From the NCBI RefSeq assembly GCF_006345805.1, contig NC_043006.1, positions 7,874,001 through 7,938,000 of the forward strand: DNA of 64,000 bases, given 5' to 3'. Source of the stretch: Octopus sinensis. Its lineage: Eukaryota. Shown piece by piece: positions 39,776 through 52,332 of this stretch (position 1 is its first letter; each line of letters starts with the position of its first letter). Below the pieces are notes generated by a model. The model saw only the letters and a list, made by a program, of their open reading frames with translations. It was not told the origin of the DNA and ran no database searches. Made by a program: the position numbers and the translations under genes.

Positions 39776-40134
39776 CATACACACATGCATGTCTGTACGT
39801 ATATACGCACGCTCACACTTGTGTGAGTCTGTGTATATGTAAATGTGCGTGGGTATATTGGCGTATGTGCTCACGGGTGTATATCTGTATGAGAATATGT
39901 ATGCATGAATTTAATTTTGTATGCATGCCTGTGCGTGTATACATCCGCGTAAATATATACGATTATTCATATCTAATAGTTAAATGCGCATATGCGTATA
40001 AAGGATTTTACGTATATGTATGCACATATACAAGTTTGTGTACCTTTGTTGATGTGTACGTGTGTATATACACAAATACACACATACATAAATGCATACA
40101 TACACACATGCGGGCGTTCGCATGTGATGTATGC

Positions 40135-40198
<64 letters not shown>

Positions 40199-40245
40199 TA
40201 AACAAGTCAAATTGCGATAAAATAAAATATATATATATATACGTA
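39700..40245. repeat. (TA)n/(CA)n/(TG)n low-complexity region
   Basis: Visible; source of the 241-aa spurious ORF. Confidence 0.9.
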
Positions 40246-40821
40246 AGTGTTGATAAACTCGCACAGTTATGCGTATACGCGAAGAATGCATATATCTACA
40301 CGCCACCACACTTATGTATACTTATGTATACATACGTTTGTAAAAAGGCATGCAATTTGGCATTTACTACAAAGCTAGGAAAATGAAATAACTTTAATGC
40401 ATTACAAATGCATTACTTTTCTCAAATTATATATATTTTTATATATTTCGGCCCAGTACATCTATTGATGTCATTTAGGAATCTATCATTAATATTTATC
40501 TCTAAAAATGTGCCTGCATCTGCTTGTTTTTCTTCATGTGTCAGTTTATATTTGTTTGTTATTATCTTCGTTTTACATTAAATTTGCGTTTTGTGTTTTT
40601 TACTTGCTCTCTTATAGCCGCTAATGAAATCAATCATGCTTGGAGTGGAAAAGTTACGTACTGCGAAAAAAAATTACATTTTCGCATTAAACAGAAACTT
40701 CTAGAAGTAATGCAGGAAAGAGCATATGTTGTTAGGGAGGTTCTGTAGTACAGGGTTCCTCTTAGAATTAAAATTAGAGATCTACCAAAGAGAGAGTTAT
40801 CTTACACAGTGAGCAAGAGTG

Positions 40822-40903
40822 GATAACTCTCGAAGTGATAAAGCATAAACTCTCGAAGTGATAAACTCTCGAAGTGATAAACTCTCGAAGTGATAAAGCA
40901 TAA
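40822..40903. repeat. 16-bp tandem repeat AACTCTCGAAGTGATA x4
   Basis: Four copies, two followed by AAGCATA. Confidence 0.9.
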
Positions 40904-41540
40904 CCACAGCACTAAAAGCACATTTCATAGAAGGTAATTCTTTGTAAATATTATACTAAGAGTTCTTTGATTCAGTATTGAGGATTTTATAAGGAGCCTA
41001 AATTTCTCTAAACTCCGGGAAGTCGTTGAAATTGCAAAGTTCGAAGATATAGATTAAACTAACTTAGAAGACAAAATACAGAATAAATTAGAGATGGATA
41101 TTTTATTGGATAGAAAACTCAGGATGGGAATATATTTTGTATTAACAAATGGTTGTAGATTGTGACGAGTCTGGGTGACATAAATATATACGTTGACATA
41201 AAATCGTGTCAGTTTTGATGGCAAGAAATATTAAGTAAATGGATTTGTAATGTTATTGGGCAATTGAGTACAGAATTCTACTAGATCGAATGTGTGTGTC
41301 TGTATGTCAGTCTGTCAGTGCGTATATGTGTATGTGTGTGTGCATGTATATATGTAAACTTATATACGTATAAAAGAGTACGTATAAGTACTTGAATACA
41401 AATACATGTGCGTGTGTAACTATGAAGACGTCTATGGGTGCTGTTGCATGCACTACTTGCAGCAGCCTGTATGGCAGGAGCTGGTAGAACGGTATCAAAG
41501 TTCTGGATTCACGTCCTAGTGTTAGCTGTCTGACGGAATA

Positions 41541-41938
41541 TCTTTATATATATAAGTGAAGTTGTGTGTCTGTCTCCTACGATTTAGATTCCTAACTACT
41601 CCCACATTTTGCGGTGCAGTTTAACCAAAACCGGGTATCTTATAGTCGTGATTCATATCGAGCCCTTCTGGGTATTAGCGCGCGTCTACGATGAGTCTAC
41701 GATTTAAAAAAAAGTTTACCATTATTTTTTTTCCATTTTAATGCATTTTTTCGCTATTATATAAGGGAAGTAACTATCTAAAAATGTCTACGATGAGTCA
41801 ACGATTTAAAAAAAATTTACCACCATTTTCTTTCCATTTTTAATGCATGTCTTTGCTATTTTGGGGCTATAACTCTCTAAAAATGCTTATATAGTTATTT
41901 CCCTTACAAACCCGAGCAACGCCGGGCGATACTGCTAG
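41541..41938 (+). mobile_element. Non-autonomous Helitron, 398 bp
   Basis: A|TCTTTATATA...CCCGAGCAACGCCGGGCGATACTGCTAG|T. Confidence 0.92.
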
Positions 41939-42457
41939 TAGACGATAAAGATTACTATATTATGAGGCTAAATCGCTGTCATAGTTGTCTGTTTGCTGGG
42001 CTTTGTTGTTATCAGGGCTCAGAGAGTGCTCTATTCGCTGGTAGGTTTTTAGGTTATAAATGATTCGGGAAGCGTGTGGGCGTAGCGCTGGTTTATTGAG
42101 AATTCATTCGATTATTTCAGGTGTCCAGTTTTGCATCTCTGATACTTCCCGAAATATCGTGCAATTATCTGAAGGCTGCAGCTTAGAGCATCATGAAACA
42201 TTCAGCTAAAAAGGTGACACATCAATTCAACTTTACTCGTTATAAGTGTGTATATCCTCAGGTATGTATGTATGTATGTATGTGTGTAGGTAGGTGGGTA
42301 GGTAGGTATGTAGGTGGGTAGGTGGGTAGGTAGGTGGGTAGGTGGGTAGGTAGGTAAATAGGTAGATAGGTACGTACGTACATATGCATGTACGTACACA
42401 CATATGCATGTACGTACACACATACACCCATATATATGTATACATATACACATACGT

Positions 42458-42488
<31 letters not shown>

Positions 42489-42622
42489 CCGGAGTAAATA
42501 CATAAATGTGAAACAAGGTGGATAAAAAGAGTACTCAAATACCAGTGATAGAGTAATATGCTTTATTTAAAGCAGCAGAAAATTCCACAATTTTGTTTAA
42601 TTTTCTGCTGCTTTAAATAAAG

Positions 42623-42627
<5 letters not shown>
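42489..42627. mobile_element. Fold-back copy of the PLE-like module at 63030-63180
   Basis: First ~100 bp match 63030-63131; then a 29-bp inverted repeat (42556-42584 / 42599-42627). Confidence 0.85.
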
Positions 42628-42701
<74 letters not shown>

Positions 42702-42706
42702 TGACC

Positions 42707-43144
42707 GGTAATTTGACTCCCATAATTTGACTACCAGTCAATTTCACTCCTGGTAATTTCAGTACCTATATTAGTAAAAAGAAATTAAACGTTTGCAATG
42801 CTGTGTAAGTTACAGAACATTGTAGTGCGCTGTGATATCCCTCTACATGGTTTTTAGTGAGATGTATACCCGATTTTGTGCATATTCCAGCTATCAATCG
42901 GAAACAAATGGAAAGGTCTTCGTTGTCTAATTCCTCTACCTCGCACAGATCCTATGTACGATAATTCAAAGTAGGACACAAGTTCTTGTGGAAGATCGTC
43001 GTCATCTACAAGATCTTCGTATCCGTCAATCACATCATCAAGATGAAGAAAACCCAGTGCTGAAAAACATCTTATTTTAATGCTAAACCCATTATCATGA
43101 TGATATCTTTCCTTAAAGCCAAATTCACATACTCTTCTGTACAC
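42707..43144 (-). mobile_element. MULE/Mutator-like transposon end with transposase remnant
   Basis: Four ~15-bp subterminal repeats (GGTAATTTGACTCC); ORF 42854-43144 CFSALGFLHLDDVIDGYEDL..LVSYFELSYIG..RR..FPIDSWN. Confidence 0.75.
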
Positions 43145-43155
43145 ATTTTGAGATA

Positions 43156-43400
43156 TAAGGTGGAGCAGAGAGAACGGATGTTTTTGAAAAATTCACAAAA
43201 TCATTAATATTAGATACAAACAAATTTTTTGGACATCAATATGTTCGTATTGAATCAATTGGGGAAAACAACATCCATCATGTGGTGTCCATTCTCATTG
43301 ATGCATTTGTGATGACGTTCTTGGAAGTTGGCCTCCACTCTCTCCAGCATTGCTCTGTCGATCTGGGCGCCATCCATGCGAAAAGCTTCCTTCAAATCGT
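43156..43400 (-). mobile_element. 3' end of the same maT-like transposon family as 2156-3400
   Basis: AGGTGGAGCAGAGAGAACGGA TIR; DRAMLERVEANFQERHHKCINENGHH. Confidence 0.88.
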
Positions 43401-43480
43401 TATAGAGAAACAAAAGACTAAGACAGCTGTATGAAAAACAAATAAGTGTATCAGTTTGACGCTCGGGAAAATGTAAAAGT

Positions 43481-43516
43481 CCTTTACGTTTCGAGTCTAT
43501 GCACTTCAACAGAAAG
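43481..43516 (-). ncRNA. Degenerate minimal hammerhead-like motif (A6U core)
   Basis: CCTTT-CTGTTGA-A-GTG(cataga)CTC-GAAA-CG-T-A-AAGG. Confidence 0.4.
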
Positions 43517-44526
43517 GGATAAGATAAATAAACAGAGAGAGAATGAAAAATCATCTTACAACAACCATACCATATCTGAAAGGGGCATACAAGATACATT
43601 AAAACAACAGTAAATGCTAACTAATATAGTGCTACCTAATATAGTACTGAGAATCGTCATGAAAGATAGTCATCTCTATAGATGAAGTCATATGTAGAGA
43701 CGTTGTCACATAGTTATACATTACGTAAACATTATAAGTTACTGAGTAATTAGTATATAACAAGTAGGGAACGTGTGTATGGTTTCGATATGATTGTATA
43801 GATTAATACAGAAGGGAAAATTATATGAATAATGATTGAAATGATAAACAGCTCTTATGAGAAATAGTATATGTGTACTATATAGCGGGTGGATATGTAA
43901 TGTAGGTAGGAGTATTCATTGTATTACATGAAACTGACTATCGTAACAATAATTCGTTGAGCGATATTAACATAGGCATTAATGCCTTTTTTTGTTTTTG
44001 TTACACCTTTCGCTTTAATGGTGATACATTAGGTTGTGGTTCTGAGCTGTAAAAGATCGAAGAGCTATGGTTCACAACACAGCCAGAGCCTCGCTACACT
44101 GCGAAATAAGAAAATATACCGCACAAAAATATCTCTAATCGGGATTATCCAATGAAGAAATAAATTACCTTCATTAAGGATGTAATTAACACGCGGCTAT
44201 TTGAGAAATAAATACACTAATTAAATTATGTACATGCAATTAGCTACTGCAGAGGATTGGTAGGAATTATACGAATACATCTGCCATTGAGGGACAGTAG
44301 GAACCGTGGATATACATCCACTACAGGGGACCAGTAGAAGTCACGGTATACATCTACTACTGAGGATGGGTACAGACTACGGAAATACATCTACTACAAG
44401 AAAGGGATACCTATTTATAGAAGTTAGTTTTAGATAGTTGTTTCAGTTATTGATTCACTCTATTGTAGTCAAAGGTACGTAGTTATACAATAATATACTT
44501 GTATCTTAGTAAATTGTTATACACAC

Positions 44527-45201
44527 GGCAGGATTTGAAGTCACAACCCAGAGAGTAAGAGAAAATACTACAAGGTATTTCACTACATGCGTTAACCTTT
44601 CTGCTGTCCACCTTGAGGGGATGAAAGCAAAGTTCACAACGACAAGATTTGATCTCAGGGTAACAGATACCGAATTAATTTCATATCCTATCTGCTTCAA
44701 AGGTTAAATTGTTATACTCATGAATATACCACACATTTATCTTAATTAATTGTTATACTCGTAAATATGCCATGCAAGCCTCGTGAAACTCATTCATATC
44801 AACTATTTGTTCATTACTAATAACTATTCAATTTTTGATCCAGAGGGAGGGGAGGGGCTGATTACCCCTTTCTGGGGTTCCAAAACTGGTAGAAGTTATC
44901 CGCAAACCAGAGACCTGTCTTTCAAATTCATGAAACAGAGCAGACTCCGTTAAAGGCAGCTGGTGTATCAGATGAGGATCTAAACTTGGTAACAGGCTGT
45001 GTCTACGAGTCAAGTGGGCCATGGCAGGATTTGAACTCGGAACGCAGAGAGTAGGAGCAAATATCACAAGGTATTCTACACCATGCTTTAACCTTTCTGC
45101 TGTTCATCTTGAGTGGATAAAAGCAAAGTTCACATCGGCGAGATTTGATCTCAGGGCGAAAGATACCGAATAAATTTCATATCCTACTTGCTTCAATGGT
45201 T
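44527..45201. repeat. 179-bp SINE-derived direct repeat (44527-44705 / 45023-45201) around a 317-bp spacer
   Basis: Ungapped alignment at offset 496, roughly 80% identity by eye. Confidence 0.8.
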
Positions 45202-45875
45202 CGGATCACTTATATCTATACAACGGCTGAATATGCGATATCTATGGTCACTTCCAAAAATAGACAAATGCAATCAATTAATCGATAGATCGATACAAAC
45301 AATTGAGTTTCCTATTTCATCAAGACACTATTGTCGCTGTACACAAACCTATGAAATACCATATGTATGTTTCAGACATTTCATCAACTCTTTGTTCTAT
45401 TTCGGCGTAATTCAGAAGGCATTATTTCGTGTCTATTATTAAAAGTGTTTACTCACATTAGTTATTTAGTTAATGTCAATTTTATATTACTTTTGAATTC
45501 CCTTACGAGTGTTTGTTTAAAACTTCAGTATAATATGGCTGATATTACTAAATACTGTTGGAAAATTATCAGAAATCAAACTCAGCCTGTGGCTACATAC
45601 AGAGGAATGTAGCACGTAAAGACGGTTGGAGGATGGACTGACACAAAACAAACCAAATAAGACTAGGTTATTAATTGAGAAAGGTGAATTTATTTTCACC
45701 TTTAGATACATGAACTGAAACATATCCCTTTTTCTGGCTGAATAATTCAAAACCTAAATCTTTCGTGGTATACCGAAATATACACAAAATTTCTGTATAT
45801 ACATATATATATATACATATGTTCGCCAGCTCAATTTACTTCGTTTCTCAGTCGAAAGACAGTTGCTATTTCTTG

Positions 45876-45915
45876 CATTCAATATTTCTTGGTCATAGCC
45901 CCATTTTCAAAAATG
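45876..45915 (-). ncRNA. Type I hammerhead-like motif with U3-A8 core
   Basis: CATTT-TTGAAAA-TGG(ggctatga)CCA-A-GAAA-TA-T-T-GAATG; ~75 nt downstream of a GIY-YIG remnant, same strand. Confidence 0.5.
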
Positions 45916-45989
45916 TTGCCGATGTGCGTGTGTGGAGTGGACTTGCGCGGAAAGGTGTTGCTATAGCAACTAGCTAGCTTCCTGTAACT

Positions 45990-46300
45990 CTCTTCTGTTG
46001 TTGTTATTTGGTTTTCTTTGGTGTATGAGGATGGGCTCAGGGATTCTAAGGTTGCACTTGTTCCGCTGTGTTGCCTTGATGTACATTGTGAATTCCTGGG
46101 TCTGGCGTTTCCGAGGATTTTTCTTCATGGAAGTGTCTGCTTAGATATGTTCCTTTATGCGTATATGCAGTTTTCTTGTTGTGATTCCTATGTAGGTTGT
46201 GCCACATTTGCCACATATAATCTCGTATACAGCCTAGGTCTTCTGACGCTTGTATATAGTGTACTGCTCCATGATGGTAAGATCAGCAAGAAAAGTACTC
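45990..46300 (-). mobile_element. Penelope-like element GIY-YIG endonuclease remnant
   Basis: AVYEIICGKCGTTYIGITTRKLHIRIKEH..NLRIPEPILIHQRKPN. Confidence 0.85.
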
Positions 46301-47328
46301 CATCTGGCGAGAGATAAATATTATTTAATAAACACAATAATAATAATAATGAGCTACTATTAATTTCATGCAATGAAAACTGCACAGACAGCATCTTTTA
46401 CCACGCCTGGTGCCTTCACGCATGGCATAACAAGCTAAAAACAGGTCCATAGGATGAAAGAAAAAGCGAAGGTGGAAGGATGAAAAAAGGGGAAAACGAA
46501 AAAGAAAACAGAAAAATGCAAGCGGGGAAAATAGTGTTATGCCCCCATTGACCATAAAGTCATGCGACTGAAAGGGTTGTGGTCTAGAGTTTGCGGTACT
46601 GCTGCTAAACCTGGAGATGGTGGTATTTTCCGATTTGCCAACATGAGTTTATCTATATGTTTACAACAACAGAAAATTTCAGATATGGAATTCAACAGTT
46701 TGGTAGAGTTCCTAGATCTGAATAGGATTTGTGTTCTTTCAGCTGCGCATAGCTTATTTTTTTTTCATCGTTGACATATGGCATGGTCATTTCAAAGTAG
46801 TTTCCATTTATTGTATATTGGATGGCTTTAAATTTCAAACCACATACGTACCTAGCCAACTAGTGGACATACTTAAGTGGTCAGCATAGCGATTCTTTAA
46901 GTCGCCGTCACATAGCTCGATGTAGCTCTTCTTTACAGTTATGTTATTATCTAACGTTGCTCTAACTTCTGTATCGTGTATGAAGAATTTAGCCATGCAT
47001 CCCCAATCAAGTGGACAGCTGCCTGGGTTTCGACAGTTACAACTGGGAGTAGGCTTTTCGGGTATTTACGTGTAATGATGTTTTACGGTTTGGGGCAGCA
47101 GTTATATGATATATGATAATTTACCTCGGTTAAATTAACATATGGCTGCTGCTCCAAAATGAAAAGCATCATTACACGTAAACAACACCAAGATCTTACT
47201 CCCAGTTGTGACATAAGGCATAAGAGTTATTTTCCGACGACGTGATTCGTACATGAAGCAAAAGAGTGATGTGATGTAAGAACTATTGAAAAATCTCAGG
47301 AAATAAACATATTGAGATATCGCTGATA

Positions 47329-47329
<1 letters not shown>

Positions 47330-47396
<67 letters not shown>

Positions 47397-47400
47397 GTAA

Positions 47401-47431
<31 letters not shown>

Positions 47432-47480
47432 TATAGATATATATATGTATGTGTATATATCTATATATATATATATATAT

Positions 47481-47533
<53 letters not shown>

Positions 47534-47548
47534 CAGATATAGATATAT
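47330..47548. repeat. (CT)n-(TA)n-(GATA)n compound microsatellite
   Basis: Visible repeats. Confidence 0.95.
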
Positions 47549-47557
47549 ATTATTATT

Positions 47558-47899
47558 GAATGAGAGAGCAGTGCATGCCATCAAAGTGACACTAGGGTAA
47601 AATATACGAAGCTCAGTATACCCATCATGACTACCCGTCTGATAAGAGTACACTAGGCACATGCATCACAACCACATGTGTCCGACATGGTGATCTCATA
47701 TCAAGATAAACAGCACATGACCTTGCAGGTGGGGCCAAGTTAGAATTTGCTTCTGGTCGAGCAACCCATCCCGCTCAAATGGTCCCTGAAGAAGAGTTAA
47801 AGAACCACCCATGTTTCCAGAGGTGAATTATTCAAGCCCCAAATAATCCCTCTCAACAAATGGTTATGATGCTCCCCCACTACTTCTGCTCCTGATCAG
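47558..47899 (-). mobile_element. 5'-truncated copy of the 527-bp TAA-tailed element
   Basis: Reverse complement of the 3' part of 59601-60127; (TTA)n tail at 47549-47557. Confidence 0.9.
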
Positions 47900-48920
47900 T
47901 GCAAGTGTACCGAGAAAGAAAAGAAAACAGAGAGAGTATACAACGAATTTTTGTCAACTGACGTTGTGTAATAGGTATGTAGTATGAGTTCTCATACCAC
48001 AGCTCCGTCTTGAACTGCAACTGAAAAAATTGCTGTTGAGAATGCCTAACGAATGTGGCTAAATGTAGCTTCTCCTTGAGTGGATATACTTACGTTAAAA
48101 TTTTTAAAAATACAAAAACCAAAGCAATTGGGATCACTCGAAAACATTTAATTTAGAGAATATAAACAGAGTCTCTCATCGCTGTTTCTAGAAAAGCAAA
48201 CCCTGTGTATCATGATATTGAGTAAGGATTCCATAAGTGAAGAAATATCCTCAATCGAATACATTAGCGCTTTCCAGTTTCTCAAAAATGAAGGAATGAT
48301 CAGAGTGAAATTGATATGTGTTATGTTGTTCCATGATTGAGTAAATAATAAAGTTATTTGTAAGATCCATTTGCAGTTTTAAATGAGAATGTTTGATGAT
48401 AATCCACAGCAAGAAATAGTGAAAGTTGCCACTTCCCTTATTGAATGATGTCTCTATTTGTAGAGGAAGTCATGTGCAGTACATATTCACTGCTTTCCCG
48501 AAACCTGATCCATCGATTCCGAATGTAAGTTGGCTCACCTTGGCGGTAGAACGTAGGGCTAGTATGAATTTGATTGCATGTAACTTCCTGGACATCGAAT
48601 AAATTCCGTTCTCCATTGCTGCGGATATGATACTGATATACAGAAATCTTGGAGAACAGCAGTAAAAAAGATTCGATAACAGAAACCACTCTGGACTGGA
48701 CAAACATAGTTAACAGAATTTAATGGTGTCTTGAGAAAAATAATGAATGCAGATATTGTGTGCATGCTGTTTGTAGTTGTCTTGAATGATATATGTGAGT
48801 GTGGTTAAGGTATGCATACTGCTTCACAAAGCAAACGCAGTATCCTATGTTGCAAAATTCACTGTATGACACCAATAGAATCTTCATTATCCTTTTCTCA
48901 CCGGTATTTCTTTGCACAAA

Positions 48921-49145
48921 GGCAGCGAGCTGGCAGAATCGTTAGCACGCCGGGCGAAATGCTTAGCAGTATTTCGCCTGCCGCTATGTTCTAAGTTCAA
49001 ATTCCGCCGAGGTCGACTTTCGGGGTCGATTAAATAAGTGCCAGTTACGCACTGGGGTCGATATAATCGACTCAAATCGTTTGTCTGTCGTTCTGTGTCC
49101 CCTCTGTGTTTAGCCCCTCGTGGGTAGTGAAGAAATAGGTATTTC
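48921..49145 (+). mobile_element. tRNA-derived SINE (main family)
   Basis: TSD GGTATTTCTT(T/A)GCACA at 48903-48918 and 49138-49153. Confidence 0.92.
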
Positions 49146-49564
49146 TTAGCACATGGGCACCTGCCACTGTGTTATAAGTTATTGAGCAGTGGTGTCTGAA
49201 AGAATTGAAACGACGACGCCAACTGATTTTCATAAAGATAAGTAGAATTCACGACACTGAAACTTTCAATACGATTATAGTGCATGGATGCGTGTGTGTT
49301 GGTGGGATATTCTTTAGTATTAATGTCGTCCACCTTCAGGAATGTTGTCTTTAAAGACATTCCGATTTGCTTTTGTTCAATTGTCATTCTTTAATGCAAG
49401 TCGTGTGTTTGTTTTGTGAACCAGAGTCATTAAAATTTGTGTTCCATTAACGTTGAAGCTAATTTTGTGCCTTTTACATTTGCATGCATTCCGTTGAGTG
49501 TTTTTGCATAGTTGAATTGCAAATACTGTTAAGTTACTATTGTCATTCTTTTTTTAAGAATGAT

Positions 49565-49604
49565 ATTGTTATTATCATTATTATTATCATTATCATTATT
49601 ATTA

Positions 49605-49664
<60 letters not shown>

Positions 49665-49675
49665 TTATTATAATA
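49565..49675. repeat. (ATT/ATC)n microsatellite
   Basis: Visible repeats. Confidence 0.95.
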
Positions 49676-49719
49676 TTCCATGGCATACTTGAATCAAAGT
49701 TTGCTTTGTCTGTCTAGTG

Positions 49720-51450
49720 CATCTCCTGTTTTACTTCTGTTTTGTTACTGTATTAGGTTTAGAATGGTTTGTGTACTTTATTGTGATGTTTTGTGATTTC
49801 TTAGCACTAAGGTGTATGACATTATCTTATTCCATTCCGTTTCATACTTTGAGAGTGTATCGTTTGTTTCTTTCTTTATTCTGAATTTATTTCTCTGATG
49901 ATGGTTAACTTTTGTCTTGCCTTCATATTGTACTATTACCGTATGGTGCGCATATCTTCCTTTGTTAGAAATATGGTTCTTCTCTTTTGGGAATCTGTTA
50001 TTGGATGACAATTTTATAGGTTTCTGTTTGTCGCATTTCATTTGGGGATCTTGTTTTAAAATTTTAATTTACGGTAATGCATTGTTGACTTCACTTTCTG
50101 AAAAATATTTATAAAGCTCTGTCAATGTTTTGTTATCCTTCTTGCGTAGTATTCCACTCTGATTCATTAGTTGTTTGCCTTATAGATTTGTGAGCGTTCC
50201 ATTTTTCTCTGTTTTTCCATATTATTTATAGCATTATGATACTATATTATTTCATACTAGCAGTATCGCCCGGCGTTGCTCGGGTTTGTAGGGGAAATAA
50301 CTATATAAGCATTTTAGAGAGTTATAGCAAAAGAATAGCAAAATAATGCATTAAAAATGGAAAGAAAAATTATGGTAATTTTTTTTGTTAAATCGTTGAC
50401 TCATCGTAGACATTTTTAGAGAGTTACTTCCCTTATATAATAGCGAAAAAATGCATTAAAATGGAAAAAAATTATGGTAAATTATTTTTAAAATCGTAGA
50501 CTCATCGTAGACGCGCGCTAATACCCAGAAGGGCTCGATATGAATCACGACTATAAGATACCCGCTTTTGGTTACACTGCACCGCAATATGTGTGAGTAG
50601 TTAGGAATCTAAATCGTAGGAGACAGACACATAACTTGACTTTTATATATAAAGATTTCAAGGCAGCAAGCAACAATATCATTCGCGCGTTGAATAAAAT
50701 TCTTAGCACTTTACATTCTGCTTTCAAATTCCGCTGAGGTCTACTTTGCCTGTCGTCTTTTGAGGTCGGGAAAAATTATACCAGTTGATCACATATGAAG
50801 ACATTATTTTTGTCTCGTGTTTTCACTTGTGTTTCGTATAATTCCTTCTCCATTGGTACGACTTTTAGTTGGACTTTTCGGTATCTTTGTGACGTGATCT
50901 TATAGTCATTTTTCAGGGCTATAACATATACATTTATCGTGGTTTGCACTTTTGTTTCTTTATGTATGGTTGTAGTATGCTTTTGAAATATATTTCAGTA
51001 AATTCTACTGCATTTCTGACGTATTTTGTTTGCAGTAATTTGAACCGTCAAATGTGTATCTGTATTATTTTATTTTGATACTTCATTTTTATTATACTTA
51101 AACCCCGTAATTCTACTCTAATATTTGTTAATCACCGATTGTTTCTTTACTATTATTAATAGTATTTCTCGAGTAACATATCAACTTGTAGTTATAATCA
51201 CTGCTTTCAGTAAATTATAGTTTAACATATTTTTTTTTTACTGTTTGCAGTTGTAAATTTTTACTTATACAACTGCCTCTATGCGGTTGGTACCTTGTAC
51301 TTGATCAAAACACCTTTTTCAAAACTCTATATTTCATAACTATTGGTGATATAAAAGTTCTTCTACCATGGTGTTATAACTAAATGTTGGTTCGTTACTC
51401 ATTTTATGAGAAATATTAGTTGTTTTCCATTGCGTTTCAATGTGAAATAA
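49720..51450 (-). mobile_element. Possible highly decayed R4/Dong-like N-terminal region, split by a Helitron and a SINE
   Basis: Strong A-rich minus-strand bias; weak similarity by eye (GKQLMNQSGILRK; GFKYNK). Confidence 0.3.
50257..50655 (-). mobile_element. Non-autonomous Helitron, 399 bp
   Basis: TC/CTAG ends, hairpin, AT target. Confidence 0.92.
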
Positions 51451-51815
51451 GAAGTGTTGCGTTAAAGTGAAATTTGAAAAATGAAGTGAAATCTGCACAA
51501 TGATTACTGACAAAGTGGAAACAGAGCTTATTTAGTTTGGTAAAGAATTAACCTTGATTATGCCTCTGTAAGTTTGTTTCGTGCAGAGTTCTAAATGGCT
51601 TCTGGCATACTTACTTCAAAGTTGGTAGTAGTGTTTGCTCGTCCACGTTGTTTCTTTTCGTTGACGGTTCTAGTTGTTCTGCGACAAAAGTATGGCTTGT
51701 TTGCAAAGACCTACAGTCAAGCCATACTGCAGAAAACCAACAAGAGGGAAATGCTCTGAAGTTGGTTTTCTGCACATCATTATAAGGATATAACTGTTAC
51801 ATAAACATATATATA

Positions 51816-51962
51816 TGGCTGTGTGATAAGAAGCTTGCTTCCCAACCACATGGTTCTGGGTTCAGTCCCACTGCGTGGCACCTTGAGCAGGCGACTTCTA
51901 CTGTAACCTCAGACCGATCAAAGCATTGTGAGTGGATTTGGTAGACAGAAACTGAAAGATGC

Positions 51963-52036
<74 letters not shown>

Positions 52037-52279
52037 GTATGCATGTATGTATGTATATGTATATATATATATATTTAAGTGCCTACGGCTTTGTGTATGC
52101 GTTTGTCCTCCGTCGTCGCTTGACGACCGATGTTGGTGAGTTTATGTCCCCGTAACCTAGAGGTTCGGCAAAAGCTTACAAAGAATAAGTTCTGGGGTCG
52201 ATTTGTTAGACTAAAATGCGGTGCTCCAGCATGGCTGCAGTCAAATGACTGGGAAAATAGAAGAATAAAAGAAAAAAAG
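51816..52279 (+). mobile_element. Third SINE family, older copy with expanded internal (TA)n
   Basis: TGGCTGTGTGATAAG..GGGTTCAGTCCCACTGCG head; GCTCCAGCATGGCTGCAGTCAAATGACT tail. Confidence 0.88.
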
Positions 52280-52332
52280 AATATATATATATATATATAT
52301 TAGAAGGTTTGGAGATGATGTACAGGTATTTT

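Noticed and set aside
40524-41200. Possible pogo/Tigger remnant
   Set aside because: No recognisable DDD motif or TIR pair
46363-46460. ISCNENCTDSIFYHAWC, a PHD/RING-like fragment
   Set aside because: Only four of eight ligands, C-x6-H spacing is off, stops on both sides and no splice sites
48438-48917. Cluster of short non-repetitive ORFs
   Set aside because: No recognisable domain or splice signals; probably decayed retroelement
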